A stretch of 32,000 nucleotides of DNA, taken from contig OW818668.1 of assembly GCA_942493105.1 (NCBI GenBank), positions 1,320,001 through 1,352,000 on the forward strand, read 5' to 3'. Shown piece after piece: positions 1 to 13,553 of this stretch (positions are counted from its first letter, which is position 1; every line of letters starts with the position of its first letter). This DNA comes from an uncultured Erysipelotrichaceae bacterium (GTDB taxonomy: Bacteria; Bacillota_I; Bacilli_A; Erysipelotrichales; Erysipelotrichaceae). A program made the translations under genes and the position numbers. The notes beneath the pieces are model-generated. The model did not search any database. It had not been told where the DNA came from and saw only the letters and a program-made list of their open reading frames with translations.

Positions 1-567
1 AATCGTGAAGGCAAGAAAAAAGGCGTTGAACTCTTAGGAAAACTGGGCTTTCAAAATACTTATGCGGTAGCTGTTACCAAAGAAGTAGCCGCTCAATACA
101 ATTTAACAAAAGTCTCAGATTTGATTCCCATTGCGGATAAGCTTATCTTTGGGGCTGAACATCAATTCTTTGATGAAGAAGGAACCGTTCGCTACAAACC
201 CTTTACAAAATTCTATGGCTTGAATTTCAAAGATGGGATATCACTTGACCTCAACTTGAAATATGCGGCTATGGCCAGCAAAAACATCGATGTGACCTTA
301 GTTTATGGCACAGATGGATTAAATCTCAAGTATGAATTGGTTGTTTTGGAAGATGATAAAGTCTTCTTCCCTGAATACTATGGAGCCTATATGATCCGTA
401 GCGATCTAGAGAAAGATTTCCCTGGCATCAAAGCAGTATTGGCTGTTTTAGAAAACACTTTTACTTTAGAAAGCACGATTGCCTTAAACTATAAGATCGA
501 TGTTGACAATGAAGATCCTTATGATGTTGCCTATGAATATCTAAAATCAAAGAATTTGATCGATTAA
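1..567 (+). CDS. Osmoprotectant (glycine betaine/choline/carnitine) ABC transporter substrate-binding protein, 5'-truncated by window edge
   Basis: Frame 1 is open from base 1 to TAA 565-567. The translation NREGKKKGVELLGKLGFQNTYAVAV...YELVVLEDDKVFFPEYYGAYMIR...NYKIDVDNEDPYDVAYEYLKSKNLI looks like the C-terminal lobe of OpuBC/OpuCC-type binding proteins. The ORF-track start at 121 is only an internal codon. Confidence 0.75.
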   Translation, partial: NREGKKKGVELLGKLGFQNTYAVAVTKEVAAQYNLTKVSDLIPIADKLIFGAEHQFFDEEGTVRYKPFTKFYGLNFKDGISLDLNLKYAAMASKNIDVTLVYGTDGLNLKYELVVLEDDKVFFPEYYGAYMIRSDLEKDFPGIKAVLAVLENTFTLESTIALNYKIDVDNEDPYDVAYEYLKSKNLID

Positions 568-570
568 CGA

Positions 571-596
571 AAAAAGACTCGAAAGAGTCTTTTTTG
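571..596. terminator. Bidirectional rho-independent terminator between the opu gene and tRNA-Gln
   Basis: Perfect hairpin AAAAAGACTC (571-580), GAAA loop, GAGTCTTTTT (585-594). The A-run and T-run arms give a U-tract in either orientation. Confidence 0.75.
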
Positions 597-603
597 ATGG
601 TCA

Positions 604-678
604 TGGCTGGGGTACAAGGATTCGAACCTTGGAGTGCCAGAGTCAGAGTCTGGAGCCTTACCGCTTGGCCATACCCCA
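604..678 (-). tRNA. tRNA-Gln (anticodon CUG), CCA encoded
   Basis: The reverse complement reads TGGGGTATGGCCAAGCGGTAAGGCTCCAGACTCTGACTCTGGCACTCCAAGGTTCGAATCCTTGTACCCCAGCCA (75 nt). Acceptor stem is TGGGGTA/TACCCCA. Anticodon stem is CCAGA/TCTGG with loop CTCTGAC, giving anticodon CTG. The T-arm has GGTTCGAATCC. It is close to E. coli tRNA-Gln2 as I remember it. Confidence 0.9.
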
Positions 679-704
679 ATAAAGTGTGCACGTTGCGCTT
701 AACT

Positions 705-734
705 ATTATATAATATCTATCGGAGATATGTCTA
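705..734 (-). promoter_or_regulatory. Candidate sigma-A promoter for tRNA-Gln, overlapping the + strand -10 for gltX
   Basis: On the minus strand: -35 TAGACA (plus 729-734), 18-nt spacer, -10 TATAAT (plus 705-710). This lies about 27 nt upstream of the tRNA 5' end. On the plus strand, TATAAT at 709-714 sits upstream of the gltX SD (GGAGA 722-726). I saw no good + strand -35. Confidence 0.45.
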
Positions 735-2191
735 TGAAAAAAGTGAGAACACGTTTTGCCCCAAGTCCTACCGGTTACATGCATATTGGTAATCTTAGGA
801 CTGCTTTGTATGAGTATTTGGTCGCTAAAAAAGATGGCGGAGATTTCATCTTGCGCATTGAAGACACTGATCAAGCCCGCTTGGTCGAAGGCAGTGTCGA
901 AATCATTTATGATACCTTAGCTCAAGTTGGACTAATTCATGATGAAGGACCTGATAAACCTGGTAAATATGGACCTTATGTTCAATCTGAACGTTTACCG
1001 ATGTATAAGCAATATGCCTTGGAACTTGTCAGATTAGGCGGAGCCCATGTGTGTTTTTGCCAAGAAGACATCATTCAAGGCCAAAGAGATGCGGCTGAAA
1101 AAGCCGGTGTTCCTTTTAAATTCAGTGATCCCTGTCACTTCTTAAATCCTGTTGATGTTGAAAAGCGAGTAGACTCCAATGAAGCCTATGTTATTCGTCA
1201 AACCATCAAACCTGGTGCGTCTACGCTCTTTCATGACGAAGTCTATGGCGACATCGAAGTCGAACGAGATATTTTAGATGAACAAGTCCTCTTAAAATCA
1301 GATGGCTTTCCAACCTATAATTTCGCCAACGTCATCGATGATCATACGATGGAAATCACCCATGTCGTTAGAGGTAATGAGTATTTGTCTTCGACCCCTA
1401 AATATAATCTGCTTTATGAATCTTTCGGTTGGGAAAAACCAATCTATATTCATGTCCCACCGGTCATGAAAGATGAGACCCATAAATTATCCAAAAGAAA
1501 TGGCGATGCTTCTTTCCAAGATCTCGTCGCGAAAGGTTATCTGCCTCAAGCCATCATCAATTACATTGCTTTATTAGGATGGTCGCCAGAAGGCACTCAA
1601 GAAATCTTTACTTTAGAAGAACTTAAGAGCGCATTCAGTGTTTCACGTATCTCAAAATCAGGATCCATCTTTGATATTGAGAAACTTAAATGGATGAATG
1701 GGATGTATTTAAGAGCCATGTCTTTGGATGAATTCCATGCGATCTGTTTGCCTACGCTCAAAGAAGCCATTCATATTCCTTGCGACCTAAAAGAAGTCAG
1801 CAAGATGCTTCAACAACGGGTCAATGTCTTATCAGAAATCCCAGAGATGGTTGATTTCTTAGATACTTTCCCTGAATATGATGTTCAGATGTATTTTCAT
1901 CCTAAAATGAAGACCGATAAGGGAATCTGTTTAAGAGCCCTGGATGCTTCACTTCATGTGTATGAAGAAATAAATGACTGGAATGATATCTTAGAACTAC
2001 AAACTAGACTTCAGGCTTTACCAGCTTTACTAGGCTTTAAGAATGGCCAAGTGTATTGGCCCATTAGAACCGCTGTTACAGGTAAACAATTTACACCTGG
2101 AGGTGCTTTAGAAATCCCATATCTCTTGGGTAAAGAAGAAACGATCCGCAGAACATTGATTGGGATCGAAAAACTTAAAAACGTCGAATAA
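734..2191 (+). CDS. gltX: Glutamate--tRNA ligase (GluRS)
   Basis: MKKVRTRFAPSPTGYMHIGNLRTALY carries the HIGH-type motif, and KLSKRNG is the KMSKS motif. Length is about 486 aa. I chose ATG 734 (7 nt after GGAGA 722-726) over the ORF-track GTG 686 or ATG 728. Confidence 0.95.
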   Translation: MKKVRTRFAPSPTGYMHIGNLRTALYEYLVAKKDGGDFILRIEDTDQARLVEGSVEIIYDTLAQVGLIHDEGPDKPGKYGPYVQSERLPMYKQYALELVRLGGAHVCFCQEDIIQGQRDAAEKAGVPFKFSDPCHFLNPVDVEKRVDSNEAYVIRQTIKPGASTLFHDEVYGDIEVERDILDEQVLLKSDGFPTYNFANVIDDHTMEITHVVRGNEYLSSTPKYNLLYESFGWEKPIYIHVPPVMKDETHKLSKRNGDASFQDLVAKGYLPQAIINYIALLGWSPEGTQEIFTLEELKSAFSVSRISKSGSIFDIEKLKWMNGMYLRAMSLDEFHAICLPTLKEAIHIPCDLKEVSKMLQQRVNVLSEIPEMVDFLDTFPEYDVQMYFHPKMKTDKGICLRALDASLHVYEEINDWNDILELQTRLQALPALLGFKNGQVYWPIRTAVTGKQFTPGGALEIPYLLGKEETIRRTLIGIEKLKNVE

Positions 2192-2196
2192 ACCTT

Positions 2197-2221
2197 AAGC
2201 CTTCTGATTCAGAAGGCTTTT
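2197..2221 (+). terminator. Rho-independent terminator after gltX
   Basis: AAGCCTTCTG (2197-2206), ATT loop, CAGAAGGCTT (2210-2219), followed by TT(T)AT. Confidence 0.8.
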
Positions 2222-2241
2222 ATGAGTTAAAAGGAGCACTT

Positions 2242-3429
2242 ATGAGCGTCGATCATACCAAGTTGCCTTGTAGAAGAAACACGAACAGTGTTAAATGGGA
2301 TGCATTACCTAATGTATTCAAAGTTGATCCGAAAGCAGATGTCTTACCTTTTTGGGTTGCTGATATGGATTTTGAATGTCCAAAACCCATCATCGATGCC
2401 TTACACGTAAGAGTTGACCATGGCGTTTTTGGATATACCTTGGTCTCAGATCACTTTAAACAAAGTGTCAGCTCTTGGATGCTTCATCGTCATCAGTGTC
2501 ACATTGAAAACGCATGGGTCGAATTTAGTCCGGGTGTCCTAAAAGGTATCACCAATGCGATCCTTGCCTTAAGCAACGTTAAAGATCAGGTTATCATTCA
2601 AACGCCTGTATATTATCCTTTTAAAAGCATCGTCAAGGATGTATCAAGAATCATCGTTGAAAATCCTTTGATTGAAAAAGAGGGTGCTTATCTTATTGAT
2701 TTTGATGATCTTGAAAAGAAAGCTTCTGATCCTTTAACCAAACTGATGATCCTGTGTCATCCGCATAATCCCATCTCTAAAGTCTTTACTCAAGAAGAGC
2801 TTCAAAAGATTTTTGAGATCTGTGAAAGACATGATGTGGTGATCTTATCCGATGAGATCCATCAAGATATCGTTTATCCGCCGTTTGAACATATCAGTGT
2901 GATGCGTTTTGATGATCGTTATCGTAATAATACCTTATGTTTCATATCGCCTTCTAAGACCTTTAATTTGGCAGGTTTACAAACTTCAGCTGTCATCATC
3001 AAAGATCCCATCAAACATGAAGCCTACAACCAAGCTGCTCAAAAGACTCATTCCAATATGATCAATGTGTTTGGAGAAACTGCTTTGTGTGCTGCTTATG
3101 ATCATTGTGCTAAAGATGTCGATGAGTTGATAAAGTACCTGCAATCCAATATCGAATTTGTCAGACAGCAATTGGCATCTCGCTTTCCAAAACTTTATCT
3201 GTTTGAACCTCAAGGGACTTACTTATTGTGGATTGATTTTAGACAAAGTGGGATATTAGCTCAAGACTTACCTGAATTCATGAGTAAAAAAGTCAAGATC
3301 GCTGTGGATGATGGATCTTGGTTTGGTGAAAAAGGAGCAGGCTTTGTGCGTCTCAATATTGCTTGTCCACAATCAATGCTTCAAGAAGCCTTTGATCGTT
3401 TAGAGAAAGCATTTCAATCCTTAAAGTAA
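2242..3429 (+). CDS. patB: PLP-dependent C-S lyase / cystathionine beta-lyase, MalY/PatB family aminotransferase
   Basis: N-terminal RRNTNSVKWD...VLPFWVADMDFECPKPIIDAL and SPSKTFNLAGL (PLP lysine region) are typical of MalY/PatB. SD AAGGAG at 2231-2236. Confidence 0.8.
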   Translation: MSVDHTKLPCRRNTNSVKWDALPNVFKVDPKADVLPFWVADMDFECPKPIIDALHVRVDHGVFGYTLVSDHFKQSVSSWMLHRHQCHIENAWVEFSPGVLKGITNAILALSNVKDQVIIQTPVYYPFKSIVKDVSRIIVENPLIEKEGAYLIDFDDLEKKASDPLTKLMILCHPHNPISKVFTQEELQKIFEICERHDVVILSDEIHQDIVYPPFEHISVMRFDDRYRNNTLCFISPSKTFNLAGLQTSAVIIKDPIKHEAYNQAAQKTHSNMINVFGETALCAAYDHCAKDVDELIKYLQSNIEFVRQQLASRFPKLYLFEPQGTYLLWIDFRQSGILAQDLPEFMSKKVKIAVDDGSWFGEKGAGFVRLNIACPQSMLQEAFDRLEKAFQSLK

Positions 3430-3449
3430 AATGGCCTTGCGGCCATTTT
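3428..3449. terminator. Bidirectional terminator shared by convergent patB-like and PAS genes
   Basis: AAAATGGCC (3428-3436), TTGC loop, GGCCATTTT (3441-3449). It overlaps both stop codons (TAA 3427-3429 and the complement of 3448-3450). Confidence 0.7.
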
Positions 3450-4089
3450 AGTTCTTTGTTTTCTTGTTGGGATCTCGAGATGCAGTAAAGACACCGACAT
3501 CTTCGCCTTCATTGTTTTTATACAATGAGGAATTCACCAAGACGGGTGTTTCTTTGCCTGTCTTATGTTTGATATTTAAAGCATAATTATGAATTTCTTT
3601 GTCTTTTTGAGTCTGATATATTAGATTATTTGCTTTCTCTTCAGGTAAGAAATGAGTACTGAAATGTGTGCCTAAGGTTTTGACACGACTGAGCCCCAAA
3701 GTTTTCAGCATGGCTAAATTGACATCTTTGATTAGTCCGTCTAATCCAACCATCGCAAATGAGTCTAGGTTGGAATCCAAGATGCTTTTGGTGTATTCAT
3801 GATACTTTTCTAGATTTAATCGGGTCTTTTCAATATTCCTAAGGGCAGTTCTATAGGCTTTATTCTGATGCTTCTTGGTTGACAATTCTTTTTCGGATTC
3901 TTTGTTGACCGCCAATAGTTCGGCGATTTGATTGGTCTTTTCCTGAATCTCAAGAGTCAAAATTTTATTGGCTAAAAGAAGTTCAGCCGCCAGTAGGGTC
4001 TTATGGTTGAGTTTAAAAGATAATGAGGTGGTCACTTCGAGTAATTCTTGAGTCACTTCTTCTAAACTTAGAGTTACGTCTTTTTCCAT
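3448..4089 (-). CDS. Small coiled-coil + single PAS domain protein, no output domain
   Basis: The N-terminal ~100 aa are heptad-like and K/E/L-rich. The C-terminal part SILDSNLDSFAMVGLDGLIKDVNLAMLKTLG...GKETPVLVNSSLYKNNEGEDVGVFTASRD has a PAS S-box look. SD AAGGAG is followed by TTG-ATG-ATG. I took the second ATG (7-nt spacing); 4092 or 4095 are also possible. Confidence 0.65.
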   Translation of the reverse strand: MEKDVTLSLEEVTQELLEVTTSLSFKLNHKTLLAAELLLANKILTLEIQEKTNQIAELLAVNKESEKELSTKKHQNKAYRTALRNIEKTRLNLEKYHEYTKSILDSNLDSFAMVGLDGLIKDVNLAMLKTLGLSRVKTLGTHFSTHFLPEEKANNLIYQTQKDKEIHNYALNIKHKTGKETPVLVNSSLYKNNEGEDVGVFTASRDPNKKTKN

Positions 4090-4536
4090 CATCAAGCTCC
4101 TTTTCTACGAATAAGGGTCAACCAATGAATCGCTAAAACACTTACTCATTGAATAAAAGTTAAAAGCGATCATTTGATCTTGTTTCTTATTCATATATCA
4201 TTTATGGCCGATGTAACCCAAATGGATCAAAGGCTCTTGTACACGTTGGAGTGTGCAACAAAATAGGATGTGTTGGCACTTTAGTAAGTTTGGATTATGA
4301 TAAGTTAAATTTAAATCGATTGCTTATCTTATCCCCAAGATCTTACGCCCACAGTATAGTCTTTTTTAAACAATAAACTTACTTTATGCAAATATAGTTT
4401 TAGTTTTAACATCAAAACCCCATAATCATAGGTAAAATCACTTTGATAGAGCCATATTTTGTGATTTTGTGAAATGACCCATAATGTGGGATGATGTCTG
4501 ATTTTATGGTCAGTCATCCCTTATTGGCTGATACTT

Positions 4537-4545
4537 TGATATAAT
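4537..4545 (+). promoter_or_regulatory. Extended -10 element (TGaTATAAT) upstream of pcrA
   Basis: TG at 4537-4538 and TATAAT at 4540-4545. Only 14 nt separate it from ATG 4560, and that gap contains no SD. Confidence 0.4.
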
Positions 4546-4559
4546 AAATCCATAAACAT

Positions 4560-9746
<5,187 letters not shown>

Positions 9747-9754
9747 GAGAACTC

Positions 9755-10048
9755 ATGGAAAAACAACCAAAGTCCTATTTTATAAATTTGGCCCATCAAT
9801 TACGTTTTGACCTTAGCGACAAAGAAGCTCAGGACATTGCCGATGAATTTAGTGTATTGATCGATCAGATGGATTTGTTGAATAAGATCGATACTCAAGG
9901 GGTTGAGCCCATGGTTTATCCATTTGAAGAACCCACATCCTTTATGCGTGAAGATGAAGTCAACCATGTTTTAAGTGCCCAAGAGGCTCTGAAGAATGCC
10001 CCATCTACTAAGAATGGCTTTTTTGTAACAAAAAAGGTGGTTTTATAA
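9755..10048 (+). CDS. gatC: Glu/Asp-tRNA amidotransferase subunit C
   Basis: 97 aa, immediately upstream of gatA with a TAATG overlap. Shows the DIADEFSVLIDQMDLLNKIDTQGVEP pattern. SD AGGAGA at 9745-9750. Confidence 0.9.
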   Translation: MEKQPKSYFINLAHQLRFDLSDKEAQDIADEFSVLIDQMDLLNKIDTQGVEPMVYPFEEPTSFMREDEVNHVLSAQEALKNAPSTKNGFFVTKKVVL

Positions 10049-11472
10049 TGTCTTATCAATCCATAAAGAAAAATAGATCGGTTGAAGATCGTGTATTTGA
10101 AGCGCTGAAAAAAGCGCATGAAGTTCAACCAAAACTAAATGCTATGGTCTCTTTTATTGATCCAACATCACAGTTAGAAGCATTGAAGCCAAAAGATGAA
10201 TCCTTACCTTTATATGGAATACCGGTTGCTTTAAAAGATCTTGTGAATATGAAAGAAACGATCACGACCGGTTCTTCACATATATTGGCCAATTATGTCT
10301 CACCGTATGATGCCACTATCGTAAAGAAATTAAAAGATGCGGGTGCGATCATGATCGGTAAAGCATCGTGTGATACTTTTGGAATGGGTGGAACCAATAA
10401 AACTGCTGCGACAGGTCCTGTTTATAATCCTTATGATCTTTCTAGGATGTCTGGTGGATCTTCAGGTGGTTCTGCAGTACTAGTCGCCAGTGGGGTCGTG
10501 CCAATGGCCATTGGGACAGATACAGGGGACTCTATTCGTAAACCTGCAGCCTATAATGGGATCGTTGGGGTCAAACCAACCTATGGCCGTATTTCACGTT
10601 ATGGGATCATTCCTTATGCATCTTCTTTAGATCATGTGGGATTCTTTACCAACAATGTCAAAGATGCTGCATTGACCTTAGAAGTTTTGGCTGGACGAGA
10701 TGACTTGGATATGACTTCTTCAGATCGACCAGTTGAAAAGTATACTGAGGCTTGCCTAGGAAAAGTTTCTGGTCAACGCTTTGGGATCATTACCAATGTG
10801 ACCGATGCGATCCAAAATAAACAAACCATGCGTCAATTCGATTACTTATGTGAAAAATTAAGAGCTCAAGGTGCACTTATCACCAAGATTCATCTCAATG
10901 ATGATTTGATGAAGGCGATGCTTCCAACCTATTATGTCATTGCGAATGCAGAGGCAACAGCCAATCATTCTAATTTAGACAGTTTACGTTTCGGAGTTCA
11001 GATTGAAGGCAAAGACAATGAAGCCATCATGATGGGATCTAGAACGAAAGGTTTTGGTCCTTTATTAAGAAAAAGATTCGTTATCGGTTCCTATGCTTTG
11101 TTTACAGAAAATCAAGAGAAGATCTTTAGAAAAGCTCAAAAAGTAAGAAGACTGATCGTAGAAGATGTTAAAAAAGCGTTATCTGAAGTGGATTGTTTGA
11201 TTGCCCCAGCCTCAGGAAATGGAGCACCTTTACTTGAAGATACACAAATCGATCAGTTGTCTTCTGAGTATTTGGTGGCAGAGAACTATATGGCTTTTGG
11301 GAACTTCTCAGGATATCCCAGTATGACCTTGCCTTTTGGTTATGATGGGATCTTACCTTTAGGAATCAATTTAACCTGTCGTCCATTTGAAGAAAGCAGG
11401 ATGTTTAATCTTGCCCAAGGTATAGAAGACCTTACTGGTCTGAAAGATGTGATCTGTGAGGTAAAACCATGA
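10048..11472 (+). CDS. gatA: Glu/Asp-tRNA amidotransferase subunit A (amidase signature)
   Basis: Amidase signature GGSSGGSAVLVASG...GTDTGDSIRKPAAYNGIVGVKPTYGRISRYG. Confidence 0.95.
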   Translation: MSYQSIKKNRSVEDRVFEALKKAHEVQPKLNAMVSFIDPTSQLEALKPKDESLPLYGIPVALKDLVNMKETITTGSSHILANYVSPYDATIVKKLKDAGAIMIGKASCDTFGMGGTNKTAATGPVYNPYDLSRMSGGSSGGSAVLVASGVVPMAIGTDTGDSIRKPAAYNGIVGVKPTYGRISRYGIIPYASSLDHVGFFTNNVKDAALTLEVLAGRDDLDMTSSDRPVEKYTEACLGKVSGQRFGIITNVTDAIQNKQTMRQFDYLCEKLRAQGALITKIHLNDDLMKAMLPTYYVIANAEATANHSNLDSLRFGVQIEGKDNEAIMMGSRTKGFGPLLRKRFVIGSYALFTENQEKIFRKAQKVRRLIVEDVKKALSEVDCLIAPASGNGAPLLEDTQIDQLSSEYLVAENYMAFGNFSGYPSMTLPFGYDGILPLGINLTCRPFEESRMFNLAQGIEDLTGLKDVICEVKP

Positions 11473-12896
11473 ATTATGAAGTTGTCATTGGGATAGAGAT
11501 CCATTGTGAACTCAAAACAAAGTCAAAGATGTTTTCTGGGGCACCTGTTGTCTATGGTGCACAACCCAATACATGCGTCAATGAGATTGATTTAGGACAT
11601 CCAGGAACTTTACCTTCGCTTAATAAAATGGCTGTGGTTAAGGCAATACAAGCCTGTATGGCATTACATTGTGAAATCGATCCTTTGATTCGCTTCGATC
11701 GTAAGAATTACTATTATGCTGATTTACCTAAAGGTTTTCAGATCACTCAACAGTTTCATCCGATTGGAAGCCATGGATATTTAGATATTGAAACTTCTGA
11801 TGGGACAAAACGTATCCGTATCAATCGTTTACATATGGAAGAAGATACAGCCAAACAGTACCATGTAGAAGAAGAGTCTTGGATCGACTTTAATCGTGCA
11901 GGAACACCTCTGGTCGAGATCGTCTCTGAAGCCGATATCCGTAATGCTAAACAAGCTATGGCTTATGTAGAAAAACTAAGAAATATCTTGGTTTATCTTG
12001 ATGTGACGGATGGGAAGATGGAAGAAGGATCACTGCGTTGTGACATCAATATTTCACTGCGCCAAGAAGGCACTGAAGCCTTTGGAACCAAAACCGAAAT
12101 CAAAAACATCAACTCCATATCCAACATAGAAAAAGCTATATCAGCTGAAATCATTCGTCAGACAGCTTTACTTGAAGCAGGTGAAGAAGTTCAGCAAGCG
12201 ACCCGGCGTTATGATGATGTTGCGAAAGATACAGTCATGATGCGTTTAAAAGAAGGCTCAGTTGATTATAAATACTTCCCTGAACCCAATATTCCACCCA
12301 TCCAACTTGATCAAAGCTGGATCGATCAAATCAAAAAGGATTTACCAGAATTGCCGGATGCCAGAGCACAACGTTACTTAAATTGTGGTCTCAACGAGTA
12401 TGACATCAAGCAACTGATTCAAAACAAAGCATTGTCTGATTTCTTTGATACTTTGATCATTGGAGTTAAAAACATCAAGTTGGCTGCCAATTGGTCATGC
12501 GGTGAAATCTTAGGGGCTTTGTCTCAGAAACAACTCGAAGAAAAGTCATACTTATTAAAAATCCCTGAATTAAGAGCCATGATCAACGCATTAAGCGATC
12601 AAACCATTTCTTCTAAACAAGCCAAAGACATATTCCCATACTTGCTTAAAGGGGAGTCCTATGGTCAAATCATCTCCAAGCTCAATGTGAGCCAAGTCTC
12701 AGATGAGTCGACATTGATGAAGATGGTGGAAGAAGTATTGAATGAAAATGCCCAGTCTATCCTAGATTATCATGCAGGTAAAGATCGTGCTTTAGGTTTC
12801 TTAGTGGGCCAATTGATGAAAAAATCAAAAGGGCAAGCCAATCCTGCTTTAAGTTCACAACTCTTGAAGACGGAATTGGACCGCAGAAAACCATAA
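11469..12896 (+). CDS. gatB: Glu/Asp-tRNA amidotransferase subunit B
   Basis: YEVVIGIEIHCEL...FDRKNYYYADLPKGFQITQ...RLHMEEDTAK plus a C-terminal YqeY-like tail. ATGA overlap with gatA. Confidence 0.95.
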   Translation: MNYEVVIGIEIHCELKTKSKMFSGAPVVYGAQPNTCVNEIDLGHPGTLPSLNKMAVVKAIQACMALHCEIDPLIRFDRKNYYYADLPKGFQITQQFHPIGSHGYLDIETSDGTKRIRINRLHMEEDTAKQYHVEEESWIDFNRAGTPLVEIVSEADIRNAKQAMAYVEKLRNILVYLDVTDGKMEEGSLRCDINISLRQEGTEAFGTKTEIKNINSISNIEKAISAEIIRQTALLEAGEEVQQATRRYDDVAKDTVMMRLKEGSVDYKYFPEPNIPPIQLDQSWIDQIKKDLPELPDARAQRYLNCGLNEYDIKQLIQNKALSDFFDTLIIGVKNIKLAANWSCGEILGALSQKQLEEKSYLLKIPELRAMINALSDQTISSKQAKDIFPYLLKGESYGQIISKLNVSQVSDESTLMKMVEEVLNENAQSILDYHAGKDRALGFLVGQLMKKSKGQANPALSSQLLKTELDRRKP

Positions 12897-12921
12897 AAAT
12901 GAGGTATAATAAAGTCAACCT

Positions 12922-13545
12922 ATGAAAAAAACACTCCCAAAAATTAAAAAATCATTAAGAAAGATCAGCTTTGGCGGCTGGGTCTTGATATTTAGCATTA
13001 CAGTCGTCATCGCATTTGGTGCTGTTTTCGCTTGGTTCATATATGATGCTTCACGTGCGACTGGAACCATCATCACTGGAAATCGATACAAATTCGAATT
13101 GGAACCAAAAATTGAAACAGCTAAGGTAGAGGAATTAAAAACAGCCCTTGATAATGCAGACTATGCCGTTGAAAGTAGCATCAGCTTAAAATCAGGTACC
13201 TTAAGGATCACCGTATTGGTTCCTTCTGATATGACTGATACAGAACTACAGGCTACCATTTTGGCCATCAAAGATCTCATCAATGCGTCATTACCGATCG
13301 ACACTTACTTTACCTCAACACCTGACGTTAAGATGTATGATTTAGAAATCCATGTTTATAATTCAAAAGAACCGGTAAGCACAGAAACATTTAAATATCA
13401 TTATTTTGTTTTGGTCAAGAATGCAGTCATGGATCATTGGAACATACAAGAATTATCTGTCCCAGTCAATCCTGAATTAGCAGCTTTATTAAGAGCACAA
13501 CTTAACCCTACAGAAGACGAAGAAAACCCAACCCCAACACAATAA
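12922..13545 (+). CDS. Hypothetical single-pass membrane-anchored protein
   Basis: Basic N-terminus followed by one hydrophobic helix (ISFGGWVLIFSITVVIAFGAVFAWFIY), then a ~150-aa soluble domain and an acidic/Pro tail. No family recognised. No SD; TATAAT 12905-12910 lies 11 nt upstream of the ATG. Confidence 0.6.
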   Translation: MKKTLPKIKKSLRKISFGGWVLIFSITVVIAFGAVFAWFIYDASRATGTIITGNRYKFELEPKIETAKVEELKTALDNADYAVESSISLKSGTLRITVLVPSDMTDTELQATILAIKDLINASLPIDTYFTSTPDVKMYDLEIHVYNSKEPVSTETFKYHYFVLVKNAVMDHWNIQELSVPVNPELAALLRAQLNPTEDEENPTPTQ

Positions 13546-13553
13546 GGAAATCC

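Noticed and set aside
604-678. tRNA-Gln as an integration hotspot for a mobile element
   Set aside because: Both immediate flanks are housekeeping genes (opu transporter and gltX). I saw no partial tRNA duplicate and no integrase.
461-874. 137-aa minus-strand ORF spanning the opu terminator, the tRNA-Gln gene and the gltX start
   Set aside because: It runs straight through a well-formed tRNA and a terminator and lies antisense to real genes. There is no SD and the composition is implausible.
4329-4517. 62-aa minus-strand ORF in the pcrA upstream gap
   Set aside because: It has no properly spaced ribosome-binding site (AAGGG abuts the ATG). The sequence is low-complexity and Trp/His/Tyr-rich with no recognisable family, so it is most likely a chance ORF in AT-rich DNA.
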